Notes under the pieces: generated by a model
Databases searched by the model: none
The model's input: only the letters and a program-made list of their open reading frames with translations
Told to the model about the DNA's origin: nothing
Source of the DNA: Picochlorum sp. SENEW3
Taxonomy: Eukaryota
Reading direction: 5' to 3'
NCBI GenBank assembly: GCA_034226945.1
Contig: CP120455.1
Location: forward strand, 806,001-870,000
DNA length: 64,000 bases
Part shown: piece by piece, positions 37,402-52,212 of the stretch
How the letters are laid out: each line of letters begins with the position of its first letter
How positions within the stretch are numbered: the first letter of the stretch is position 1
Translations under genes and position numbers: made by a program

Positions 37402-39561
37402 CTACTGATTGCTCAGGTTCAATGACTGCGAGCTGACCAATTTACAATAACGACCTCCAAGATGGACAAGCTCCTCGTGGTTTCCCTTCTCAGCAATTTG
37501 TCCGTCTTCGACAACCACAATTTGATGAGCGGCCTGAACCGTTGACAGTCTATGCGCGATCACTAGGACTGTCCTGTCTTTCACAAGGTTATCAATTGCT
37601 TGCTGCACGAGACTCTCACTCTCACTATCGAGCGATGATGTTGCTTCATCTAGGATGAGAATCGGTGCATCTTTCAGAAGTGCTCTAGCAAGAGCGATTC
37701 GTTGCCTCTGTCCTCCGGACAGAAGACTTCCTTGCTCTCCTACAAGTGTATCGTATCCATCTGGCAGTCTGATGACAAATTCATGAGCATTCGCTGCTTT
37801 TGCTGCATTCTCAACTTCCTCGAGGGTGGCATGCGGCACACCATATGAAATATTGTCATAGATAGATCCATTGAAAAGAACAGGTTCTTGAGTAACAGCT
37901 GTCAATGCCTTCACCCATTGTTTTCTAGTAAAAGCGCTGACCTTGACATTGCCAAGCATGACTTTGCCCGAGTTCGGTGCATATAGCCTTTCCAACAATG
38001 CTGCAATAGTACTTTTACCTGCACCACTTCGTCCAACAAGGGCTGTCACTTTGCCTCGTGGGATCGTGAGACTAAGGTCTCGCAAGACTGGTACATCTGG
38101 TCTAGCAGGATAACTGAAATGAACATTCTCAAGAACCAAGTCATTTACTTGAGAGGCAGCAACAGCATCTAGTTCATCTTCTCCATCCAAAACGTCCTCT
38201 GATCCACTCTTACCTTGTGTCCCAAGATTCCACCAGTCTCCGGGAGGCAAAGCTTGGGACATGGAGGGATCTACTGGTATTTCGGATAAAATTCGCTGCA
38301 CCCTCTGGATCGATGATCTTGTCTGCCTTGCATCAGTCCATGTTTGAAGAAGGCCTTGAGTTGCAAAAACCAATGAGAAGGTAAATCCAATCGCAGATAA
38401 CAGAGTTCGTATTGGCATAAGATCATGGTTAACTAGAAATCCTGCAGACTCAGACACAACATGAGGGCCAGCTTCTAAAACAATTCTTCCACGCTATAAA
38501 AACATACCTCCTAAACCATACAGAGCGAGCAACGAGAGATGAATTGCTCCTCGATTAAGACATTCGAGCAGTGCTTTCGCTCGAGCAAATCCCATACCAC
38601 TGATGTATGAATCAGATACATAACTCCCGAATCGCTCTCTTTCCAATCCTTCTCCTGCAAAAACCCGCACTGTCCTTATCTGAGAAACCACTTCATCAAT
38701 AGCCATAGCCATGCGCGACTGAGATTCTGCACTATCTCTCTCTAGCATTTTCGACTGCTGGCGGTATAGCCATGCAATGCAGCCAGTTGCAATGATCACA
38801 CCAGCCAATATTGGACCAAGTCTCCATGACAAGGCAAACAGAACAAGCACTGACCCGGTTGCTTCCAGGAGAGCCCTGAGGCCTCTATCTCTACTGCAAT
38901 TGTTAAAAAAAAAGTTCCTAAGCGACTGCAAATCTTTGCTCAGTATTGTTGTGAGTTCTGTTGGCCTATGCTTGTCAAAAAACTCAATTCGCTGCATCAA
39001 GAGCACCCGAAAGGCTTCTCTGCTCAAGGTGGACTGCACAGTTTCCCCGACCGCACAAGCATTGATTATATATACCCTCGAAAGAATAGGTTCCAACACA
39101 TATAGCGTCACCATCCCCAGCATCAACTTGCTGTACTCTGAAAAAGGCTGCTTCATAACAAGAGTTTCAAACAATAACCCAGACAGGACTGGGCTTGTCA
39201 AGTTACTCGCCACACAGCACACGAGAGATACAGCAGCTATGATCACAGATTTTTTCTGTTGTAAGATCAGAGATAAGATGAATTTATTATCAAGCGGGCT
39301 CCGCTTACTCGTTCCTGGGGTCTCAGAACTTGAACTGCAACATCAGATAGTCTTGACTTATGCCAAATTCACCAGGCCTACTGGAGACTAGAACCGTTAC
39401 CTTGAACATATAATTGCTTTTTTCTGACATAATCTACCCACTATACGCGATTTCGGAGAAGGTCTGACACCAGTCGGACCACAGTTGCGGAGTGACAAGC
39501 ACAGTGCTGCTCTCGCGTGCACGCCGCGAGTACTATTCCGCGGGGCAATTGAGATATTCAT
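37402..39561 (-). CDS. Half-size ABCB transporter (ABCB28-like), organelle-targeted
   Basis: TM domain with SRDRGLRA; Walker A GRSGAGKST, signature LSGGQRQR, Walker B ILILDEATS, IAHRLST. Confidence 0.9.
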
Positions 39562-39624
39562 TTCTTTATTATCATTCGTTTACACTGTAGAAATCCTATG
39601 GCAACTGCATATTTGTACCTCTTC

Positions 39625-40850
<1,226 letters not shown>

Positions 40851-41073
40851 CGATGTCTCTTTTCCGGAAAGAAGAGAAAATTCATTGAATATTTGATAAT
40901 GTCAAGGAAAATGCGTTGTAATATAGCACGTCATGCAAGGTCTCTGCGGGTAGCCTTTCGTAAAAAACACATTAAAAACTTCCATGGGAATCGAGCGTCC
41001 TTGTGTCAACTGATTGGCAAACACACGGGCTCAAGTGAAACTAAATCAACAAAAGAAAAAAAATTAGGAAATT

Positions 41074-44000
41074 ATGGGAGAGGTTCGCGTCGCCGAGCTC
41101 GAGCGACAGCTCGCGAACTGCAAAGCTCAGGTACGCTGATTTCTTGGTTCTCGGATCTTTCCATGGGATCTGTCATTTTGTGATCAAATATTGATACTGT
41201 GTATGTCTGTATTGTAGCTTGAAGCTTCCACCATATTCGCGGAGCAGACGAGTCAGGTACGGCTGTTTCTGATGTTCCTTGTCTTGCTGCTTGTTGTCGC
41301 CTCTGTAGGTCGTGGGCCTTACGAATCGTCTTTGTTTGCGTAGTCTATGGAAAAACGATACCAGAGATTGTTGGAAAAACATGGTCAAACAGCCGCCGAG
41401 AAGGATTCATTGCTGAAGGAGAATGATGACTTGCAGAAGAGTGTCACCGAAGCCAAACAGGAATCTCACAAATTACAGTCTTCGTTGATGAAGGCTGAAA
41501 GTGAGAAGGAGCAGCATAAGTTAGAAATTGATAGCCTTGAACGTGACAAAGTTTCGCTGCAAAATGCATACGAACAGTCCAAGAAAGATATTGAGGAACT
41601 TCAGAGCAAGATCAGAGCAGTGTCGACAAAAGTACTGAATTTAACAAAGGAGAATGGGGAACTGGATGCGCGATTACAGAGTACGCTAGTAGAGAAAAGC
41701 AGGACGTCTCTGAATTATTCTAAGATCGAGCAAGAGAAGAAAATTTTGGAGAAGTCGAATGCATGGTTGAGCGAGGAATTGGAGAGGAAAGCTCAGACGA
41801 GTAATGAAGAGCGACAAAAAGCTACACAGAAGATTGTCGAGCTTCAAAATCAGTGCTATGAATCGCAGAGTAAGATTGAACAGCTTGAAAGCGATAAAGC
41901 CAGACTTGAAGCGGATCTTCAAGATCACGAGGAGAGCTTGAAGACAATGTCAAAGCAACTTAGAGAGGCAAAAGAGGCACTTGCAGAAAAAGAAGAAAGT
42001 TTCCAACAGGAATTAGCATTGGCTCAAAGAATGGCCCAGCTTTATAAGGAGAGCTCGGAGGAGCACACGAAGCGATCCATGGAGCTTGAAGGAATTGTGA
42101 ATGAGCTTAAGGTGCATATGGAGGAATCAGCAGAGGCTCATCGGGAGGCTATTGCAAAACTAGAGGAAGAATGCAGGGCAGCCAACCAAAGAGCGGAAGA
42201 AGAAAAAGACATTCGCGAGAAAGTTGTTGCTGCAGCAGCTACTGCCTCGTTTAGCATCTCAACTCCTGCAGGGACTGACAATGGTGCAGCACAGGCTGCT
42301 GACCAACCCCAGAGCTCCTCAGCAGAAATTTATGCTAGATTTATTGAAGCCGAGGAAAAGCTTCGCGCAGAAAAGCTAAAAAATAGAGAAAAGGAGATTC
42401 ATTTTGAGGATCTGTTAATCGAGGTGGAAAAGAGAGCTTCCCTGCTGAAAGAGCAACAACTCGAATTTGACTCAATGAAAGCATCTCATGTAAAGCTTCT
42501 GGGAGATATCGAGAGTTTATCTGCAGAGAAAAGAAGGATTCAAAGCTCATTAAAGGAGACTCAAGGTAAGTGCAAGACTCTAGAGCATGAGAACTTGTCA
42601 TTGGAGCAGCAAGTAAAAGATCTTGGCCAGCAAGTGTCAAGGTTGCTGCATGAAGGGCAAACAAATAAAGTTTCTGGCGAGAGAACGCCAGGAAATTTCA
42701 CTGGAGGCAACGCAAGTGATGTTACCACGCAATTCTTGGTTGAGTTTAGCTCTGTTGAAGAATTGCAGCAACAGAACCAGAAGTTGTTGAAAGTTAACCG
42801 AGAACTTGCTGTGGCAGCAGAGGCTACCAAGGAAACAGCTCAAAAAGAAATGCAAGAAGAATACGAAGGCAAGATCGAAAAGCTGCGAAATGATCTGGAG
42901 GATCTCAAAAGAAATCGTCACCATGCAGAGGAAATTTTTGGGCAAGTGGTGAGACAAAGAGACACTTTAAGGAAACTTCTTCAGAATGCTGGTGGGGATC
43001 TTAGTATTGGGCGTGAGATTTATGCACGTTCAGGTGGGAATGGCGCTGGAGTTCTGCCTCAGGCAAGTAATACTGAAAATGTTTTCACTTCAGAAGCAGA
43101 TAGTCTCACCTATAAGGAGATGTATGAGGATATGGAAAAAAAACTGGAAGATTTTAAGAAGAGATCTAACAAAGACTATGCTGCTCTGGAGAAGGAACTT
43201 GCGAGTTCACAAGGTGATCTGATCTCTCTAAAGAAAGAGGTTACCCAAGCTCAAGCACAGTGCCAGTACGAAAGCGAGAGATCTACAAGGCTTTCAAAAT
43301 CCATTGAATCCCAGCAAAAGCATGTGGAGAGTCTGTTGGCAAGTAACGCAAAGTATCAAGCCTTAATCAATGAAACAGAGAGGCGATTATCTTCAGCACA
43401 GCACAATTTGCAAGCCATTGAAGATGATAAGAGGAGTCTAAGCAACAAAGTGGCTAGCTTGGAGGCAGAAAAGAAGGTTCTGATTGATGCCGAGCAACGA
43501 CTCACAGCTGAAGCATCTGCTTTATCCCAGGAAAAGTTCAAGATTGCTGCGGAATTAGATGTGCTAAGAAAACAAAATAACGAACTTGAATCAAATGCTT
43601 TGAAAGATATTTCAAAGAATCAAACTTTGGCAACAAAATATATGAATGAACTCTCTGATGCCCAGAGGGAGCTATCAGTTGCCAAAAGTAGAGCAGAATA
43701 CGCCCACAATGAGGTTGCTCACTTGAAACAAGAGTTGGCAAAAACTTCTGCAAAACTTGAGGAAAAACTTGAGAAGGCTCAAACAGAGTTGTCAAGGATG
43801 CAACAGAGAGCATCAGCTGCTGAGGCAAAGGCAGATTTATTGCAAGAGGCTGTTCGCAAATCAGAAGAGAAAGTTGCGCGACTCGAGATAGAGAAAAATG
43901 CCAGGCTGCCAGCATCTCAAAGTGAGCAAGTGGAGAAGGAGACTGCAAGTGAGCCACAAGATGCGGATCTCCAGGTCAAGGAGCTGCAGTCTGAGATCAA

Positions 44001-46617
44001 AATTCTCAGAGAGGAACTTGTGGCGGCCCAAGAAGCCCTTGCAGCATCCACTGGTCATGCAAAGCAATTTGAGACAATTGCTCATACTGCCGAGGAGGCT
44101 CTGAAATCTAGTCAGACAGAGTATGAAAAATTCAGAAGAGAAGCAGCAAATCGCTTGTCATCCATTGAAGCTGAGGTCAAGAGACTTAGAATGGAAATCA
44201 CAAAGAAAGACATTGCCATTAAGGAGCTCAAGCAAGAAGAAACAAAGGCTCACCAGGAGTGTGACAAATTAAGGCACGAGATCGAAATTGAGAAGAACAA
44301 ATCAAAGAGGGAGGTGGAACTGAGCGCCGTTTCTCTTAACAGCGAGAAAGAGAAAGTTTTGCAACTTACAAAGGAGGTTGATGCTGTGCGCAAAGAAATA
44401 AATGAGGTAAAGAAAGCATATGACGATGAGGTAGTTGCTCATGGTGACGCAATCAGGAGGCTTACTGCCTCAGAATCTACCGTTCACGCAACTCAAAACC
44501 GGCTCAATGCAGTATCCGACGATTTGGAGAAAGAAAGGGCCTCCAGAAAGCTGGCCGAGACAGAGATGAAAGCAACAATTGTTGAACAGACCCAGCAGGT
44601 ACAGCAATTAACAAAACAGGTTGAGCAACTTTCCAAGCACAGGGATACCTTGCAGCAAGAGTTGGAATCCATTGCGGAATCAAAAGATCCAAGTGTCACA
44701 AATCTCTCAAAAAGCATGAAGCTTTTGAGGCAAGAAAGGGAAGCAGCAGAGCTGAATCTGTCACTCAGTGAGCGTGAATTGTCCAGGCTTCGACAAGAAA
44801 ATGCTGTTGCCAAAAGAGCGGCAGAAGAAGCTCGAGCACAGCTTTCTGCAGAAATCGAAAGACAAGCAAAGAAGAAGACAGAAGAACAACAGAATCAGAT
44901 CGGCTTAGCGGAGCAAATCAGCCTTACCAGGGAAAGTAATATGGCTCTCAGGGCGGACAACACGGACAAGCAAGCACAAATCGATTCCCTGCAAGCAAAA
45001 TTGAAGAATACAGAGGCGTCTATAGAACCTCTTAAATTAGAAATCAAAAGAAAAGAGGCTGAAATGAGCAATCTGGAGGAGAAATTACGTGTCCAGACAG
45101 AGTCTGCCAAACGCTGGGAGGCACGGTCAAAGTCCCTTGCTGAGAAATCTAGGGACGCTGAAAATGCCGACTATGAGCAAACAAAGGCAGAACTATCTGC
45201 CAAAGAAAAAGAGATGAACGCCGTTAAATCAGAGTTAGCGAGTCTAACAAAAGAAAAGGAGAAACTGGAAGTTCGTTTGAAGAATTCTGAGACAATTGCA
45301 CTGAAGGCAAATGCAAAAGCCACTGGCTTGACAAAGCAGATGGACGAGATGCGGAAAAGGGCAGAAGTGAACAGCAAATCGACTTCAGAATTATCGAAAA
45401 AGCAGCAAGAGGAGAAAGATGGAAAGATAGCAGAACTGACAAACCAGAAGAAAGCACTGGAAGAGAAGGTCAAAGAACTCTCCAAGAAGGAAGAAGTGCT
45501 CAAAGCTAATGCAAGAAAGCTTGTAAGTAATTGTGAAGCAGCAAATCAAGCTAAGAAGAAGTGTGACTCGCAGGTGAAACTGCTAAGAGGAAAAATCCAG
45601 TCGCTTGAATCTGAGATCAAATCTTTGAAAAGCAAGGAAGGTTCTGGGGCACAGCTAGTTTCGAATGTGGCTCTCTCTGATACCCAGCCTGCGCTCGAAG
45701 CGTTAGGGAAACGGAAAGCAGATAGTGACATGGATGCACCTGAGAAAGCAAACAAAAAGCTTCGTCCTGTTGCCCCTTCTTTCACTCCATCAAAATTGAC
45801 CTCGGCAACCGGTCAGAATGAAAAGGTTGAGGATGTTCAAGCCGGTGGCGAAGGTGAGAAGGAAATGGTCGATACGCAAGAGGTTGGTGCAGCTATGGAA
45901 GCTTCTGAGGCAAAGGTATTGCCTGAAAAGGAAAATAAGGCAACTGTCACTGAGAAAATTGATGTTCCAGAGGATATGGAAGAAGAACCTGAACATGTTG
46001 TTCTCACTGAGGCAGATACTATTCCTGAGAACGAAAAAGATGCTCTGAAGCAAACTGGTGCTTTGGTTCACTCAGAATCTATACCAGGAGAGGGTGCGAC
46101 ACAGGAGCAGACCACAATTGGAACTGCGCATATGGAGACAGCACCAACTGCTTCAGGAGCGGATGCACCAATGGTGACAGAAGACAAAGCAAAAGACGAA
46201 AGACCTACTGAAGCGCCCTTAGAAGCGCACCTTCCAGTTCTAGGCGAGGAACAACAGCAGGATGAGAAAGTTCTCGAGGAACCTGAGGCAACAGTGATTC
46301 CCCAGGAAGAGAATGCAGGAGAGACAGATGTTCATGCTGGGGAGGATAAAAGTTTGATCAATGAAGAAGTCAATGCAGAGGTTGAAAAGAAGCCTGCAGA
46401 AAAAGAGGAGAAGCCTGCAGAAAAAGAGGAGAAGCCTGCAGAAGAAGAGGAGAAGCCTGCAGAAGAAGAGGAGAAGCCTGCAGAAGAAGAAGAGAAGCCT
46501 GCAGAAGAAGAAAAAAAGCCTGCAGAGGAAGACGATCAGAAGCCCGAGTCACCAAAGAAACCAAAGCAGGCAAAAAAGCGTACAAAAATATTATGGAAAG
46601 ATACATCCAAACAATAA
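41074..46617 (+). CDS. NUA: Nuclear pore basket protein TPR/Mlp1/NUA
   Basis: >1750-aa coiled coil; SNAWLSEELERK, LVEFSSVEELQQQNQKLL, VVRQRDTLRKLL, YDDEVVAHG are TPR/Mlp hallmarks; two small 5' exons. Confidence 0.88.
46390..46536 (+). repeat. Coding minisatellite, about 7 x 21 bp (aagcctgcagaagaagaggag; KPAE[EK]EE)
   Basis: Directly visible tandem array in the TPR acidic tail. Confidence 0.95.
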
Positions 46618-46638
46618 TTTTTACATGTAAATACAGAA

Positions 46639-47599
46639 CTAGCTATTATGACTCTCAATGTCGCCTTGCTTCCTTTTCAACAGATCCTCCACCTGTATGA
46701 CAAAGTCGTCTGTCAGTTTCTGAATCTGCTTCTCAATCGAAAACTTGGTGTCCTTGCATGTAATCTCTTTCCCACACGCGCTCATTGCTTGCTTTCTTGC
46801 CTGTCTAATCGATACTTTAGCATTCTCTGCCTCGCCCTTACAAAGCTTTTTCATCGCCTCCAATGTCTCATGCGTCGGTGATGGAATTGGCACAAGGATT
46901 TCCTGTCCATCAACTCTCGGATTGAGCTCCAGAGGGGATGATGCAATGCAAGACGCCACTGAATCCACCAGACCGCTATCAAAAACAGTGACAGCGAGAA
47001 GCTGCGGGCTCTTGACACTTACTGTGCCTACCGCCTTCATTGGGAGCTTTTCTCCATATGCATCCACTTTGAGGTGATCCAACATCCCTGGAGTCGCTCT
47101 TCCCATACGAATATTAGCTAGTTCATGCTGGAAATGATCTATTGACTTCGCCATCATCCTACATATGCATCATAGTGCCCATGAGAACCAACAAACCCAA
47201 GTACTACCCTTGCAACATCACACATACTCTCTATACTCGTCGAGCTCAAATATCGTTTCGTCATTCTCGGTGCTTTGCACCTGTTTCCCTGCACATTCAC
47301 GCAACAGCCTTCGATCGAAATGGTTTCAAGTCCAAGGTCGCTCTAGAAGAATAATTGATTGACCTACGGTGTTTCTTTGGGCCTTTCGAATACTCTCGAA
47401 TACTGGACCAGTGTGGAGCGATAACAGGAGCAATGTCAGAAACCTCACTCAGACATCCCAATCGATGGCTATAATCCCTAGATCTGTATATTAAATAATC
47501 AGTAGCGTCATGGCTGCTGCATATAGGGGTACATCAAGGGACATACCTGATAAGCGAGAACACTGAACGAAGAGCACTCTGGCGGAGTGCTGAACGCAT
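46639..47599 (-). CDS. frr: Ribosome recycling factor, probably mitochondrial, 4 exons
   Basis: IRMGRATPGMLD.LKVDAYG, LNPRVDG, AENAKVSIRQAR, IQKLTD; presequence MRSALRQSALRSVFSLIR. Confidence 0.88.
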
Positions 47600-47640
47600 T
47601 TTCACCTGTATGTATTTGAGAATTCGTAGATGAGAAGTTA

Positions 47641-49716
47641 TTACAATTTGCTTCTTGCCTGGGGATTCAAAAGGTCTTTCAGCACGGGATTCCACCCTGG
47701 GCCTTGCTCAGTTGCATTGAACGGTGATCTCTTGGCAGTTTCAAGCAGTGTCTCGTAGACATTTCCATCCTTTCGTCCGATCGCAGAATTCAGAATGTAG
47801 TCTTCGTAGCCGAATGAATCGACAAGCGCGATTGCATTTTTTCGAAGAGATCTGCACCCTACTTTGAATTGATGGCGAATCATTGCATGCTGGTCGCCAG
47901 TGATATGGCCACATTCGAGCAATGCTGCTCCAGATTCTTTCAGGCACACCAGTCCAAACAAGGAGCATAACTCCCTCAGGACATGAATGCTTTCTTGTTG
48001 TACAGCCCTGTCTGAGCATGCATGGGAAATTTCCTCCAAAAATGCCATGTATGTGACAAGTCTGCAGTGTGACTTTGCAAGGTTGATGAGATCCATGGTT
48101 GAACTGTTCCATAGATCTCCTTCGAACACTGGCTGTGCTTGAGCATGTGGTGATATCCTAGAAATGCATATTTGGGCTGCATGCGCACAGGCATTCTTGA
48201 GAGCTTGCGCAATATTGTCAGTCTGTGTCCAGTCTGCTGGGACCCTAGCCTGGGATGGCCTGATCACATGCTGTTTAGAATACATTGACATGGTTTTCTC
48301 CTTGGTGACACCTGCCTTCATTTTCATAAGATACCTAGCCATCTGAAGGTACATGACATTATTATCTCCCTCCCAGGTAACATTCTGAACATAGGAGGTA
48401 TAAATAGTGGGCAAGCCAGAGAGCACAGAGTAACCCTGGCCACCACATGTTCTCCTGCATTCTTCGATACCAAAGCTAGCCGCGTCAGTACAGAATGCTT
48501 TCAATCCGGATGAAAGTGCGTGTAATTCTGGCAGCGTTGAGAAATCATCATTCTCCTTTGCTTTGACAAATGCATTGTACATTGACATGATGTTCTTTCC
48601 CATAAATCTCAAAGCAAATGATGCAGCAACAATTGGCATCAATGTCTCGTACACATTCTCATAGTCTAATATCTGCAACTCACGCCTAGATGCATCAGGA
48701 GAGCTCTGTCGTCGAATGGCTGTGTATCTGACGGCAATAGTTGCAGCTCTCCCCAAAAAATCACCTGCGTCACGAACAATTGTTGCCCTCACATACACCA
48801 TTGTACCATAACTAGCCTTTGAATTTCGCGGAGGAGGTGGAACATATGTACCATCCTCTGTGATGGACGAGTATCGCATCAGCATCGCATCTCTAGGAAC
48901 TTTCACGTGGTCAAATCTTAAGAAACCATTGTCCACGCCGTGATAGCCCATCTTGGGACCTATATCTCCAACTTCTACACCAGGTAGAGCATTATGCGTC
49001 TCCAAGTCCCTCAACTGGACAACAAAAGCATGGGGACCATAATCTTTTCCCTTGGTGATCAGCCGGGCCATTAAGATGGCATGGGTACACGTTCTACCCA
49101 GGCCACCAGGCCACCATTTTGTGGCTGTCAAGGTTGGTGAATGAATTATAAATGAACGAGTCTCGGGATCGTACACGGCCACCGTCTCTAATCCCCTCAA
49201 AAATGTACCATGACCTAGCTCAGTCTGAGCATACGTGCCTATCAGTCGTAAATCCATACAGAGAGGCATCCACTGATCCTGCTGCTCCCGAGTCCCCTGA
49301 GATAAAATGGTCGGTATAAACATACCAATGTGCAACTCAAATCCACCAGGAAGAAACAGCAACTGCCTCATCTCAGCAGCATCTTGGATACTTAAATTGT
49401 GCTCCTTCATCATCTTCCATATCCCAACTGCACCCCGTAATCCTGCCACGTGCTCCTCCTCCCTGGACAGAAAATATCTGTTCTTTTTATCTCCCCAAGG
49501 CTGTTTGGATAGAATATCGATCAACTGCTTCCGTCTCTCCAGACATTCAACTCCTCCATTCAAGTATACACTCAAATTATCAGAGCAAAATGTAGCTTTT
49601 GCTCGCTCCAGCGCCGCATCCTGCACTGGGTGAGACGTGACCTGTACAATTGGCCGCGTCGCCTCCTCCACAAGCTGCCGTTGTCTCTCTCTATCTGTCG
49701 ATCTACAATCACCCAT
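47641..49716 (-). CDS. ACX: Peroxisomal acyl-CoA oxidase
   Basis: GTYAQTELGHG, TKWWPGGLG, GDIGPKMG..VDNGFL, CRRTCGGQGY, TWEGDNNV; C-terminal SKL (PTS1). Confidence 0.95.
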   Translation of the reverse strand: MGDCRSTDRERQRQLVEEATRPIVQVTSHPVQDAALERAKATFCSDNLSVYLNGGVECLERRKQLIDILSKQPWGDKKNRYFLSREEEHVAGLRGAVGIWKMMKEHNLSIQDAAEMRQLLFLPGGFELHIGMFIPTILSQGTREQQDQWMPLCMDLRLIGTYAQTELGHGTFLRGLETVAVYDPETRSFIIHSPTLTATKWWPGGLGRTCTHAILMARLITKGKDYGPHAFVVQLRDLETHNALPGVEVGDIGPKMGYHGVDNGFLRFDHVKVPRDAMLMRYSSITEDGTYVPPPPRNSKASYGTMVYVRATIVRDAGDFLGRAATIAVRYTAIRRQSSPDASRRELQILDYENVYETLMPIVAASFALRFMGKNIMSMYNAFVKAKENDDFSTLPELHALSSGLKAFCTDAASFGIEECRRTCGGQGYSVLSGLPTIYTSYVQNVTWEGDNNVMYLQMARYLMKMKAGVTKEKTMSMYSKQHVIRPSQARVPADWTQTDNIAQALKNACAHAAQICISRISPHAQAQPVFEGDLWNSSTMDLINLAKSHCRLVTYMAFLEEISHACSDRAVQQESIHVLRELCSLFGLVCLKESGAALLECGHITGDQHAMIRHQFKVGCRSLRKNAIALVDSFGYEDYILNSAIGRKDGNVYETLLETAKRSPFNATEQGPGWNPVLKDLLNPQARSKL

Positions 49717-49987
49717 TTTCTGTAGTATACATACGAAATTGGTGAGCCATCCCTGGTTCTCATGTTTGAACATTGGCAATGTTTGCCTTCCTTATTTTTT
49801 ATTTAGATTAGACGCCAAGATCATCGGTTCTATCTTCACAGTATCGTCATTCGGTTACAACTCCCAAGACAGAAAAAAATTAACAATAATGCGCACCAAG
49901 ATACGTTGACAGACGTTCTCATAGACGATTGACACTTGAACAGTGAATTGTACATCACAACGGCTACTCTGCAACGCGAATGACTCT

Positions 49988-51429
49988 ATGAGTGAAGAAA
50001 TTGATAAGCACGTACTGAGTAAGTACGAAATACAGAAGAAATTGGGGAAAGGGGTGCGTTTGTGGATGAATACAGCCTGAATCCAAAGATGCGATCGTGG
50101 AAAGGTGTTTCAGCTGCTGTATCGCAACATGCTCATCATTGTGCTCTACTGCAGGCGTATGGGATCGTTTGGAAAGCAATTGATAAAAAGAATGGTCAGA
50201 CTGTGGCGCTGAAGAAGATCTTTGACGCATTTCAGAATGCTACAGATGCTCAGGTATTTTTCTTTGTCTCAAGTGTGTGTTCGTGACTGTGGCGTCATCG
50301 TATCATTCTTCCCCTCTGTTATGCAGAGAACATTCCGAGAGATCATGTTTCTTCAGGAGTTGAATAATCACGACAATATCATCAAGTAGGTGGTTGTGGA
50401 GAACCCTTGTTGTCCCGAGTACAAGAGCTGATGTGTGTGCTTGTCTTGTGCAGGTTGTTAAATGTTTTGAAAGCTGAAAATGACAGAGATATTTATCTTG
50501 TATTTGAATTCATGGAAACAGATTTGCATGCTGTGATTCGCGCTCGTATCTTACAAGAGATTCATAAACAGTACATCATGTACCAGATATTTAGATCTCT
50601 CAAATACATGCATTCTGCACAATTGTTGCATCGCGATATCAAGGTGCGTTTGTGGTTGTGTGGTAACGTGTGTGTACTAGCACCTTATGTGATCTTGTGC
50701 CTGCAGCCTAGCAATGTCCTTTTAAATAGTGAATGCAACGTGAAGATGGCTGATTTTGGTCTTGCGAGATCAATTGCTCAACTGCATACTGAGGAAAATA
50801 ATACTGCATTAACTGACTATGTTGCGACGAGATGGTACAGAGCGCCGGAGATTCTCCTGTCGTCTGCACGGTATACATTTGGTGTGGACATGTGGGCCTG
50901 TGGTTGTATTCTGGGAGAACTCATCGTGGGAAAGCCAATCTTCCCCGGCTCTTCAACAATGAATCAATTGGAAAGAATTTTGGACATAACAGGAAGGCCG
51001 TCCGCCGAAGACGTAGAAGCTATTCAGTCGCCTTTTGCTGCGACCATGCTTGAGACGATGAGAGCGCCAGAAATACCACGATTGGAGGCCAAATTTCCTA
51101 CAGCGACACCAGAGGCTCTAGACTTGCTAAGTAAGTTGATGCATTTCAATCCAGATAAAAGAATAAGTGCAGAAGAGGCTCTCAAGCATCCATACTGTGC
51201 CCAGTTCTACAACCCAGATGACGAGCCTGTAGCTGGAAAGACAATTACCATTCCAATTGATGATAATACAAAATATAGTATATCACAGTACCGTGAACGC
51301 TTGTATTTGGAAATCGTGAAGAAGAAGAAGGAAATTAGAAGGAGAATGAAAATGAGGGAGGCAGCAAAGCTGGAAAAGTCAAAATCCAGCAAGAGTTCAA
51401 AACAGTCAGGAAAAGAATTGCAGCAATAA
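49988..51429 (+). CDS. MAPK15: Atypical MAP kinase MAPK15/ERK7-8 type
   Basis: [73 protein letters not shown]. Confidence 0.92.
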
Positions 51430-51452
51430 TATATACTAGTACATGCCATGTA

Positions 51453-51912
51453 TTATTGGATGGACGTTGCGTTTTCCAGGATCTCAGTAGCAGCTTGAAA
51501 TTCGTCCGTCTTTTCCAAGCTTTGATTTTCTTCCTGCAGACATGACGAAACTTACAGTGCAGGTCAGGCATGGAGGTGAGACAAATCATGTACGCACCAA
51601 GCAACTTGTTAGATCTTTGATAGCGACTTTCAGCCTCTGCTCCGTGTCAGGGACCATGGCACTAGATTCATTCATAATACTCTCCTGTAAGCACATGGCA
51701 GATCAATTCGTCATTGAAAGCTTTGTGGTCATAGTAAGACAACCCACAGCACCTACCGCATATTTGATGTCATAGGGATCTGCCCCGGACTCTTTCATTT
51801 TCTGCACTTTTTCTTTTTCTTTTTTCTCCTCATCCCTGTACATGTTGAGCTCTTTGGCAAGTCGGCGAACAATGCCAGTCTTGATAGTAATCGACCGCAA
51901 CTGTTCCGACAT
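51453..51912 (-). CDS. TBCA: Tubulin-specific chaperone A, 3 exons
   Basis: LRSITIKTGIVRRLAKEL.MY..E..GADPYDIK..ES.AMVPDT..RL. Confidence 0.9.
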
Positions 51913-52212
51913 TATCACCGACGATACACAAGAAATCCTATCGATATGTGAAGATATTCCAATACAAAAGAAAAAATGCCACCGATTCATCGAATATCCA
52001 GCATTGGAAGTGGTTCATTCATCTGGGGTTCACCAAGAGTGTGTGTTTGAAATTGCCTCTTGTTGACCATCATTGGCTTGGTCATTGTTTGGAATAGATT
52101 GATCAGTTGCTTCACATAGATGCGAGCGCACGTTGTGATTAATTACTACGTAACGGTTGTTTTCAATTCCCAAAATGATGCTGTGCATGGCAGTAACAAA
52201 ATATCAACAGGG

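Noticed and set aside
41686..46071. Many minus-strand ORFs within TPR, and similar shadows in SPT16, LPD, KRR1 and ISA1
   Set aside because: Antisense or alternate-frame artefacts of long coding regions
46390..46536. Tandem array as a CRISPR
   Set aside because: No unique spacers, in-frame coding repeat, eukaryotic context, no cas genes
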